Positions 9,602 through 17,259 of a DNA stretch of 64,000 nucleotides are shown here, piece by piece (position 1 is the stretch's first letter; each line of letters starts with the position of its first letter). The notes beneath the pieces were generated by a model that was given only the letters and a program-made list of their open reading frames with translations, made no database searches and had not been told where the DNA came from. The stretch spans positions 13,900 through 77,899 of the forward strand of contig CAZMOD010000001.1 of NCBI GenBank assembly GCA_964567885.1, in the 5' to 3' direction. Source of the DNA: an uncultured Christensenella sp. (GTDB taxonomy: Bacteria; Bacillota; Clostridia; Christensenellales; Borkfalkiaceae). A program made the position numbers and the translations under genes.

Positions 9602-10758
9602 TGAAAAACGCAATAATTATTCGCTACTGCGAAATCCATTTAAAAGGCAAAAACAAAAGTTTTTTCGAAAGACTTTTAGTCGAGGCGATAGAACGTTCTT
9701 TAAAGGGTATAAATCACTCTTTTAAAAAGATAAACACGCGCTATCTTATAGAAGATTACGACGAAAACGACTTTTCTTTGATAATTTCTAAACTTAAAAA
9801 AGTTTGCGGCATACACTCTATAAGCCCCGCAAAGGTCGTTCGAAACGACTTCGAGGCAATTCGCGATTGCGCTATCGAGATAACAAAAGGCAAAAAAGGC
9901 GAGTTTAAGGTTAACACTAATCGTGCGGATAAAAAATTCCCGATGCACTCGGTCGAACTTTCACGCGAGATCGGCGGCGTTTTGTTAGATCTTTACGCCC
10001 CCGCGATAAAAGTCAATGTCGTTGAACCCGAGTTTATCGTAAATATCGATATACGCGAAAGCGGCGAAACCTTAATTTACACCGACGTAATTAAAGGTTT
10101 AGGCGGACTTCCGACCGGCTCGTCTGGAAAAGGTATGCTTATGATTTCCGGAGGGATAGACAGTCCCGTAGCGGGCTTTATGCTTGCAAAAAGGGGTATG
10201 AGGCTTGAAGCCGTTCACTTCCACAGTTATCCGTATACGAGCGAAGCGGCGCTTGATAAAGTAAAAACTTTAGCGGGGATGGTTGCCGAGTATTCCGGCG
10301 GACTTAAACTGCACGTCGTAAAATTTACGCATATTCAAGAGGAAATTCACAAAAAATGCCCCGACGATTTAATGATAACGATGATGCGCCGTTTTATGAT
10401 GAGAATTGCCGAAAGGGTAGGTAAATCAAACGGTTGTCAAGCGATTATCACGGGCGAAAGTTTAGGGCAAGTTGCAAGCCAAACCATTGAAAGTATCACC
10501 ACTTCCAACGCGGTCGTAACTATGCCGATGCTAAGACCTTTAATTGCTTACGATAAATTAGACATTATTGAAATTTCAAATAAAATCGGCACTTTTGAAA
10601 CGTCCATACTTCCTTACGAGGATTGTTGTACGGTATTCTTACCTAAATTCCCAGCGACCAAGCCCAAAATGGAAGTGGTTTTAAAAGCCGAAAGTAATTT
10701 AGACGTGGAAGGGCTTATAGAAGAAGCGTTATCTTCTATAGAAGTTTTCGAATACTAA
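9601..10758 (+). CDS. thiI: tRNA 4-thiouridine synthase ThiI
   Basis: 385 aa. THUMP-like N-terminus and PP-loop SGGIDSPVA. Confidence 0.93.
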   Translation: MKNAIIIRYCEIHLKGKNKSFFERLLVEAIERSLKGINHSFKKINTRYLIEDYDENDFSLIISKLKKVCGIHSISPAKVVRNDFEAIRDCAIEITKGKKGEFKVNTNRADKKFPMHSVELSREIGGVLLDLYAPAIKVNVVEPEFIVNIDIRESGETLIYTDVIKGLGGLPTGSSGKGMLMISGGIDSPVAGFMLAKRGMRLEAVHFHSYPYTSEAALDKVKTLAGMVAEYSGGLKLHVVKFTHIQEEIHKKCPDDLMITMMRRFMMRIAERVGKSNGCQAIITGESLGQVASQTIESITTSNAVVTMPMLRPLIAYDKLDIIEISNKIGTFETSILPYEDCCTVFLPKFPATKPKMEVVLKAESNLDVEGLIEEALSSIEVFEY

Positions 10759-10788
10759 CGGGCATACCGTAATAATAAAGAGGTTTAT

Positions 10789-12012
10789 ATGAAAAAATCA
10801 GTTTTGAAAGCCTACGCGGATTTGATTGCAAAAAAGGGCGTCAACGTTCAAAAAGGGCAAGAAGTTTACCTTACTTGCGGTTTGGATCAACCCGAATTCG
10901 TTGCCATGGTGGTTGAAAGTTTGTATAAATGCGGTGCTAAAAAAGTGCTCGTCGATTGGGGTTACGACCAGTTAACCAAACTTCACGTAAAATATCAATC
11001 GGACGAAACTTTAGGCAAAGTCGACAAACTTGCGTTAGAAAAACTTAAATGGAGAGCGGAAACGCTTCCCGCACATTTATATCTCGTATCCGACGATCCC
11101 GACGGATTAAAAGGTATAAACATGGATAAGTTTATGAAGGCGCAAACGGCTAAAATGAAAGTGGTTAAGCCTTACCGCGATAAGATGGAAAGCAAGTATC
11201 AATGGTGTATTGCAGCCGTTCCGGGTAAAAAGTGGGCGGAAAAAGTTTTTCCTAACTTGCCTTCTAAAAAAGCGATGGAAAAATTATGGGACAGCATCTT
11301 GTCGGCTTCACGCGCGTACGGCGATCCTATAAAGAATTGGCAAGAACATAACTATACGATAAAAGACAAATGTTCGATTCTTAACGAAATGCGATTGACC
11401 GAGTTAAGATACACCTCGTCAAACGGCACTGATTTTACCGTTTGGCTCAATGAAAACGGTAAGTTTAACGGCGGTTACGATACGACGTTATCCGGTGTCG
11501 ATTTTAACCCCAATATCCCGTCGGAAGAAGTCTTTACTTCACCTAAAGCAGGCAAGGCGGAAGGTATCGTTTACGCGACTAAGCCTTTATCGTATAACGG
11601 TCAGTTGATAGAAAATTTTTATATTAGATTTAAAGACGGCAAGGTGTCGGAGGTTCACGCCGAAAAGAATCAAGCGCTTTTAGAACAAATGGTTGCGATC
11701 GACGAAGGCGCTTCTATGCTCGGCGAATGTGCGTTGGTTGCTTACGATAGTCCTATAAACAATACGGGAATATTGTTTTACGAAACTTTGTTCGATGAAA
11801 ACTGCTGTTGCCATTTAGCGCTCGGAAGAGGTTTTCCCGATTGCTTATACGGCTTTGAAAAAATGACCAAAGAAGAACATAAAAAGAACGGTATAAACGA
11901 TTCGCAAATTCACGTCGACTTTATGATCGGCGCGAAAGATTTGCAAATCGTCGGTGTAGACAAGCGCGGAAATCAAGTTTTAATCTTTAAAGACGGCAAC
12001 TGGGCGCTGTAA
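10789..12012 (+). CDS. Aminopeptidase, M29 (AmpS/PepS) family
   Basis: 407 aa. N-terminal LKAYADLIAKKGVNVQKGQEV and C-terminal HVDFMIG pattern typical of M29 aminopeptidases. GAGG RBS. Confidence 0.85.
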   Translation: MKKSVLKAYADLIAKKGVNVQKGQEVYLTCGLDQPEFVAMVVESLYKCGAKKVLVDWGYDQLTKLHVKYQSDETLGKVDKLALEKLKWRAETLPAHLYLVSDDPDGLKGINMDKFMKAQTAKMKVVKPYRDKMESKYQWCIAAVPGKKWAEKVFPNLPSKKAMEKLWDSILSASRAYGDPIKNWQEHNYTIKDKCSILNEMRLTELRYTSSNGTDFTVWLNENGKFNGGYDTTLSGVDFNPNIPSEEVFTSPKAGKAEGIVYATKPLSYNGQLIENFYIRFKDGKVSEVHAEKNQALLEQMVAIDEGASMLGECALVAYDSPINNTGILFYETLFDENCCCHLALGRGFPDCLYGFEKMTKEEHKKNGINDSQIHVDFMIGAKDLQIVGVDKRGNQVLIFKDGNWAL

Positions 12013-12062
12013 TAGGTTTTTAAGCCGCAGCATGAAAAATCGCTACGACTTCATTATAAAAT

Positions 12063-12104
12063 AAGGACTATCGCGTTTTTTGCGATAGTCCTTAAATTTT
12101 TATT
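12063..12104. terminator. Bidirectional terminator between convergent genes
   Basis: 12-bp perfect stem AAGGACTATCGC / GCGATAGTCCTT with a T-rich loop. T-tract follows on the + strand and an A-tract precedes it, giving a T-tract on the - strand. Confidence 0.75.
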
Positions 12105-13587
12105 TGGGATGATATAATTTTTTGATTTGATATTTGGGGTGGCAAGTAAGGTTTATGCCGAGTTTTCTAAAAACTTTTTCATCGACTTGAGATAAAATTA
12201 CCGAAGAATGCGCTTCGCAACCTTTTAAGTTGTCTAATTCGTTTATTGCAAGTTGCGCATTTTGACTTCTCGTCGAGGCAATCGATAAAGCGATTAAAAG
12301 TTCGTCGGTGTGAAGCCTCGGATTGTTGTTTTTTAGATGTCCTACCTTCAAATTTTGTATAGGTTTGATTAAAGAAGGGGATATCAAGTCCACGTCGTCG
12401 GGTATTTTCGCAAGATACTTTAAAGCGTTTAAAAGCATTGCCGAACTTGCACCGAGAAGCGACGAAGTTTTTCCGGTTAAAATAGTACCGTCGGTAAGTT
12501 CTATAGCGCAAGCGGGTTGGTTGTCGGTTTCTTCCTCTTTTTTAAGCGCCGCGGCTATAACGGGACGGGAATCCGCAGTAAGCCCCGCTTGTTGCATCAA
12601 AAGTTCTAGCCGTCTCGTTACTTCGTAATCGGTTTCGCCCTGAACCTGAGAACATTTTGCCGTATAATATCTTCTAATTATCTCTTGACAAGCGGCGTTT
12701 TTACATACTTCGTCGTCGTCAATGCAAAATCCCGCCATATTAACGCCCATATCGGTGGGTGATTGATAGGGGGACTTACCCCAAATACGCTCGAAAGTAG
12801 CGTTTAGCACGGGAAAAATTTCAATATCGCGGTTATAGTTAACCGTGGTGGTTTTATAAGCCTCTAAATGGAACGGGTCTATCATATTAACGTCGTCTAA
12901 GTCGGCGGTTGCCGCTTCGTACGCAAGGTTAACGGGGTGTTTTAGCGGTAAGTTCCAAATAGGGAAGGTTTCAAATTTTGCGTAGCCCGCTTTTACGCCG
13001 CGCTTATTTTCGTGGTAAAGTTGGGATAGACAAGTCGCCATTTTGCCGCTACCGGGACCGGGTGCGGTTACTACGATAAGTTCTCTTTCCGTTTCGATAT
13101 ACTCGTTTTTGCCGTAGCCTTCCTCGCTAACGATTAAATCGACGTTTGCGGGATATCCCGAAATCGGATAATGAAGGTAAACTTTTATGCCTTTGCTTTC
13201 AAGATATTTTTTAAAGTTTATTGCGGCGGGTTGCTCGGTAAACCTCGTTAAAACTATGCTTCCGACGTACAAATCGAGCGCTTTAAAGGCGTCTAACAGT
13301 CTTAAAACGTCTAAATCGTAAGTTATGCCAAGGTCTCCGCGCACTTTGTTTCTTTCTATATCGTTGGCGTTTACGACGATTATAAGTTCGGCTTTTTCTT
13401 TCAAATTTAAAAGCATTTTTAACTTTCCGTCGGGCTCGAACCCGGGAAGAACCCTAGACGCGTGATAATCGTCGAAAAGTTTGCCGCCGAATTCAAGGTA
13501 AAGTTTGCCGCCGAACTCTTTAATTCTTTCGTTAATCTTTTCAGATTGAAGTTTTACGTATTTTTGATTATTAAATCCTAATTTCAT
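12100..13587 (-). CDS. UPF0371 / DUF1846 family protein (conserved, function unknown)
   Basis: N-terminus MKLGFNNQKYVKLQ...KLYLEFGGKLFDDYHASRVLPGFEPDGK is the family signature as I recall it. I prefer the ATG at 13587 (GGGGAG RBS 7 nt upstream) over the tracked 13614 start, which abuts the predicted -10. Confidence 0.85.
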   Translation of the reverse strand: MKLGFNNQKYVKLQSEKINERIKEFGGKLYLEFGGKLFDDYHASRVLPGFEPDGKLKMLLNLKEKAELIIVVNANDIERNKVRGDLGITYDLDVLRLLDAFKALDLYVGSIVLTRFTEQPAAINFKKYLESKGIKVYLHYPISGYPANVDLIVSEEGYGKNEYIETERELIVVTAPGPGSGKMATCLSQLYHENKRGVKAGYAKFETFPIWNLPLKHPVNLAYEAATADLDDVNMIDPFHLEAYKTTTVNYNRDIEIFPVLNATFERIWGKSPYQSPTDMGVNMAGFCIDDDEVCKNAACQEIIRRYYTAKCSQVQGETDYEVTRRLELLMQQAGLTADSRPVIAAALKKEEETDNQPACAIELTDGTILTGKTSSLLGASSAMLLNALKYLAKIPDDVDLISPSLIKPIQNLKVGHLKNNNPRLHTDELLIALSIASTRSQNAQLAINELDNLKGCEAHSSVILSQVDEKVFRKLGINLTCHPKYQIKKLYHPK

Positions 13588-13614
13588 AATAGACTCCCCG
13601 AAAACTATGCACAT

Positions 13615-13643
13615 ATTTTAGCAAATTTACCTCGTATTTTCAA
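13615..13643 (-). promoter_or_regulatory. Promoter for the DUF1846 gene
   Basis: Minus strand reads TTGAAA - 17 nt - TAAAAT, leaving a 27-nt leader that contains the GGGGAG RBS. Confidence 0.6.
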
Positions 13644-13710
13644 GCAACTGAAGGGGGTTTTTACAATAAAATTAAATAAATTTTATCCTTGTTTTTCGGC
13701 GTCAAAACCC

Positions 13711-13740
13711 TTGCTAAACAGCGGTGGTTTGTGGTATAAT
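13711..13740 (+). promoter_or_regulatory. Extended -10 promoter for prmA
   Basis: TTGCTA - 18 nt - TATAAT preceded by TGg (TGnTATAAT). The -10 ends 10 nt before the ATG at 13751. Confidence 0.55.
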
Positions 13741-13750
13741 AAATTTTACC

Positions 13751-14686
13751 ATGAAATACAAAGAATTAACCGTGCATACGACCGACGAATCCGAAGAACT
13801 CGTCAGTGATATATTTTGGAATTATACCAGTTACGGCGTAGCCGTTTCCTCGCAAAAAGACGTTATCGAACTTACCGAAAACAGAAGAAGCACTTACGAC
13901 TATATCGACGCTAAACTTTTAGACGGCGTAAAGGGAGTAAGTTTAGTTAAAGGTTATTTCGATTTAGACGATTTTGAAGCAAAAAAAGCGCTAATTACCG
14001 TCGATTTGCAAAACCTTAAAATCAACGCCGAAGGTATATTTAACGTCGGCAGTTTAGAACTTATCGAGCGTGAGGTAGACGGCGACGATTGGATAGAAGT
14101 ATGGCGCAAGCATTATAGACCGATTAAATTCGGTAAGATAACCGTTTGTCCGAAGTGGCTTAAATGCGATACGGACGGGTTGGTGGTTTATATAGATTCC
14201 AACGCAGCTTTCGGAACGGGTGAACACGAAACGACTTCTTCATGCCTACACTTCTTGGAAAACTACGTTAACGAGAATTATACGGTCGTTGACGTCGGAA
14301 CTGGTTCCGGAATATTAGGTATTTCCGCTGCGAAACTCGGCGCGAATAAAGTCGTAATGACCGACCTTGACGAAGTCGCGGTTACGGCGGCGCGTCATAA
14401 CGTCGAAGTTAACGAAGTCGAAAACGTTTGCACGGTATATAATTCCAACTTGTTGGACGGGATAAAAATTCAAGGGGATATAGTAGTCGCTAATATCACC
14501 GCGGACGTTTTGAAGGTTCTTGCAAACGATATTTTATCTTACGTAAAACGCGGCGGCGTGATTATTTTAAGCGGAATACTAAAGTCGAAAAAGGCTGATG
14601 TTATCGACGCGTATTCTGCGCTCGGGTTTTCTCTTTTAGAGGAAAAAACCGTTGGAGAGTGGTCGGCTTTGGTGATGAAATTATAA
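13751..14686 (+). CDS. prmA: Ribosomal protein L11 methyltransferase
   Basis: MKYKELTVHT... N-terminus and SAM motif DVGTGSGILG. The tracked GTG at 13724 would lie inside the predicted promoter, so ATG 13751 is preferred. Start is uncertain. Confidence 0.88.
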   Translation: MKYKELTVHTTDESEELVSDIFWNYTSYGVAVSSQKDVIELTENRRSTYDYIDAKLLDGVKGVSLVKGYFDLDDFEAKKALITVDLQNLKINAEGIFNVGSLELIEREVDGDDWIEVWRKHYRPIKFGKITVCPKWLKCDTDGLVVYIDSNAAFGTGEHETTSSCLHFLENYVNENYTVVDVGTGSGILGISAAKLGANKVVMTDLDEVAVTAARHNVEVNEVENVCTVYNSNLLDGIKIQGDIVVANITADVLKVLANDILSYVKRGGVIILSGILKSKKADVIDAYSALGFSLLEEKTVGEWSALVMKL

Positions 14687-14747
14687 ATTACGCGTTTCGT
14701 AATATTTTTAAAAATTCAGCATTATATCAAGGAAAATACAGTTTTTT

Positions 14748-15986
14748 ATGAAAGCAGTCGTTTTTACATTGGGGTGTAAAGTTAACTCGTGTGAAAGTTC
14801 GTCTTTGATGCAAGGTCTTGCTCAATTAGGGTACGAAGTTTCCGACAAGTTAGAGTGCGCCGACCTATATATTTTAAACACTTGCGCCGTTACGAAAGAG
14901 GCGGAAAAAAAATCGCGCCAAGCGGTATCGAGGATAAAAGCGTATAATAAATCGGCTAAGATTATAGTTACAGGTTGCGCTGCGGAACATAACCCCGAAG
15001 CCTTTAAAGAAAAAGAAGGCGTTTACCTCGTTACGGGCGCGATGAACAAAGATAAAATAATTTCGCTTATAGAAAGCGAAGGAATTTTTTTAGACCGCGA
15101 AAATGAATACTACGAAAAATATCTTCCGTACGCGGGAGATAAAACTCGGGCGTATCTAAAGGTAGAGGACGGTTGCAACAACTTTTGTTCTTACTGTTTG
15201 ATACCATATTTAAGGGGACGCGTAAGATCGCGTTCGATAGAAAGCGTTAAGAGAGAGTTGAACCTTAATACCGCTTTGGAAGTCGTGGTTACGGGGATAA
15301 ACCTTACCGCGTATAACTACGAGGGTAACGATTTGGCCGATTTATTAAAATCACTTAGCGCTTACGATTTCCGCGTAAGGTTAGGTTCGTTAGAAGAAAG
15401 CGTTATATCCGAAAAACTTTTAAACGCCACTAAAACGCTAAAAGATTTTGCGCCTCATTTTCATTTATCTTTACAGTCGGGCAGCAGTAAAGTTTTAAAG
15501 GATATGAATCGTCACTACGACCGCGATGAATTCCTTCAAAGCATTTTAAAAGTACGAGAAGTCTACCCCGACGCCGCGATAACCACCGATATAATCGTAG
15601 GTTATCCGACGGAAACCGACGAGGATTTTCAAGACACGCTCGATTTGTGTGAAAAGGCGGAATTTGCCGATATTCATTGTTTCGTTTTTTCCCCGCGTGA
15701 GGGGACGAGGGCGTATAAATTACCTAAACTTTCCACGGCGATTACCGACGAAAGGCTTAAAAAACTTTTAGAAGTAAAGCAAAAATCAAAAGTGTCTTTC
15801 GTTAACCGATTTGTCGGTAAAACTCTTTCAGTTTTAGTTGAAGAAGAAAAAGACGGATACTTTGAAGGGTACTCTCAAAATTACGTAAGATGCTATTTTA
15901 AAGGAGATAATTTAAACGGCTTTAAGACCGTTAAAGTTATAGAACCGTTTAAAGACGGCGCGTTATGCGAAGTTTTAAGCGTATAA
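14748..15986 (+). CDS. mtaB: tRNA methylthiotransferase MtaB (YqeV-like radical SAM)
   Basis: 412 aa. MTTase N-domain cysteines and radical SAM CNNFCSYC. Position after prmA matches the B. subtilis yqeV context. Confidence 0.85.
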   Translation: MKAVVFTLGCKVNSCESSSLMQGLAQLGYEVSDKLECADLYILNTCAVTKEAEKKSRQAVSRIKAYNKSAKIIVTGCAAEHNPEAFKEKEGVYLVTGAMNKDKIISLIESEGIFLDRENEYYEKYLPYAGDKTRAYLKVEDGCNNFCSYCLIPYLRGRVRSRSIESVKRELNLNTALEVVVTGINLTAYNYEGNDLADLLKSLSAYDFRVRLGSLEESVISEKLLNATKTLKDFAPHFHLSLQSGSSKVLKDMNRHYDRDEFLQSILKVREVYPDAAITTDIIVGYPTETDEDFQDTLDLCEKAEFADIHCFVFSPREGTRAYKLPKLSTAITDERLKKLLEVKQKSKVSFVNRFVGKTLSVLVEEEKDGYFEGYSQNYVRCYFKGDNLNGFKTVKVIEPFKDGALCEVLSV

Positions 15987-16010
15987 AATCTAAGATAAAA
16001 GGAGAAAATT

Positions 16011-16355
16011 ATGTCCGATTGTTTATTTTGTAAGTTCGTTAACGGCGAAATCCCCGTAGATAAAGTTTACGAGGACGAAAAATTTTTTATAATACGCGAT
16101 ATCGCGCCTCAGGCGAAAAATCATTATTTGGCTATTCCTAAAAAACATTACAAGTTTATCGCGGACGCTTCGATAGACGATTGCCGTTTAGTTGGTGAAA
16201 TTTTAAAAACTATTTCCTCTCTTAAAGACGAACTCCAACTTGAAAACGGCTATAGGTTAGTGATAAATCAAGGCGACGACGCCGGACAAACCGTGCCGCA
16301 TCTTCATATCCACGTTTTATCCGGTCAAAAAATGGGATGGAACCCCGCGCGTTAG
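16011..16355 (+). CDS. HIT family (histidine triad) protein
   Basis: 114 aa with HLHIHVL histidine triad. GGAG RBS. Confidence 0.9.
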   Translation: MSDCLFCKFVNGEIPVDKVYEDEKFFIIRDIAPQAKNHYLAIPKKHYKFIADASIDDCRLVGEILKTISSLKDELQLENGYRLVINQGDDAGQTVPHLHIHVLSGQKMGWNPAR

Positions 16356-16416
16356 TCTTTTTTTATCAAAAATTCCCAAAATCGGCGAATTTTGTTAAAA
16401 AGTCGCTTAATATTGC

Positions 16417-16445
16417 TTGACAACCAATCGGTTGTTTTGTATAAT
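16417..16445 (+). promoter_or_regulatory. Sigma-A promoter for rpsU
   Basis: TTGACA - 17 nt - TATAAT, a perfect consensus. Confidence 0.7.
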
Positions 16446-16493
16446 TTTAGCGTTACTCAAAAATAAGTGTCCAACGGCAAAGGAGGGGTGTGT

Positions 16494-16673
16494 ATGTCCA
16501 CGATAAGAGTTGGCGAAAACGAATCTTTAGATAACGCTTTACGTCGTTTTAAGAGAAAATGCTCTCGCGATGGTATCATTGGTGACCTCCGTCGTAAAGA
16601 ATGTTATGAAAAACCTGCAGTTCGTCGTAAAAAGAAGGCTGAGGCTGCAAGAAAGAGAAATTCAAAAATGTAA
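16494..16673 (+). CDS. rpsU: 30S ribosomal protein S21
   Basis: [27 protein letters not shown]... with AGGAGG RBS 8 nt upstream. The tracked upstream GTG at 16467 is unlikely. Confidence 0.95.
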   Translation: MSTIRVGENESLDNALRRFKRKCSRDGIIGDLRRKECYEKPAVRRKKKAEAARKRNSKM

Positions 16674-16679
16674 TTTTTA

Positions 16680-16710
16680 ACGTCTGCTTTTTAGCGGACG
16701 TATTTTTTTT
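16680..16710 (+). terminator. Rho-independent terminator after rpsU
   Basis: ACGTCTGC / GCGGACGT stem (one G-U pair) followed by T8. Confidence 0.75.
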
Positions 16711-16772
16711 GTCCGTTAAGGATTTTATCGATTAAAGTCGAATAAATAAGTTTTTTCGGGGAGGTATTTACG

Positions 16773-17156
16773 ATGGAAGATTTAAAAATTATGGCAAAAG
16801 ACGCAAAACGCCGTTTAAAAAGCGGATTTTGGGAAGAACATAAAGATAAGATTTGCGATATAAAAGACAAAGTTAAAACGCAAGGCGTAAGCGGATCTAA
16901 CGTCGTAAAATATTACCAAACGACCGTTATAAAAGAAATTAAGCCGAAATCCGACGAAAAAGAAAAGTTCTATATGAAAGTAAAGGGTATTTTGGATAGC
17001 GTAGGCGAGGTAAGCGATATTATAAAGCGGCTTATCGACGAGGACGTTTATTCTTCGATGCCGTACGATAAACGCCAACGCTACGTAATGGAACTTTCCG
17101 AAAAATACCGCGTCGCTTTGGCTAGGTATAAAAAAGAAAAAAAGTTCGCACTGTAA
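16773..17156 (+). CDS. Hypothetical highly charged 127-aa protein
   Basis: GGGGAGG RBS 8 nt upstream. Lys/Glu/Asp-rich with no TM segment and no motif I recognise. Confidence 0.6.
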   Translation: MEDLKIMAKDAKRRLKSGFWEEHKDKICDIKDKVKTQGVSGSNVVKYYQTTVIKEIKPKSDEKEKFYMKVKGILDSVGEVSDIIKRLIDEDVYSSMPYDKRQRYVMELSEKYRVALARYKKEKKFAL

Positions 17157-17223
17157 TTTTTTAAAATCGCAATAGAAAAATAAGGATATTTTTTTCGTTT
17201 TTTCTTAACCATACCGTTTTGAC

Positions 17224-17252
17224 TTGAAAAAAAACCTTAAAAGTGGTAAAAT
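17224..17252 (+). promoter_or_regulatory. Extended -10 promoter directly abutting the pcrA start codon
   Basis: TTGAAA - 17 nt - TAAAAT with TGg immediately upstream. Only 7 nt separate the -10 from the pcrA ATG at 17260, and there is no Shine-Dalgarno. Confidence 0.6.
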
Positions 17253-17259
17253 ACGTTAG

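Noticed and set aside
14719-14730. Exact 12-mer GCATTATATCAA shared with 54270..54281. On the minus strand it reads TTGATATAATGC, an extended -10-like element
   Set aside because: Many exact 12-mer coincidences are expected by chance in 64 kb on both strands. Neither copy has a convincing -35. It could still mark a weak antisense or upstream promoter, which only TSS mapping could show.
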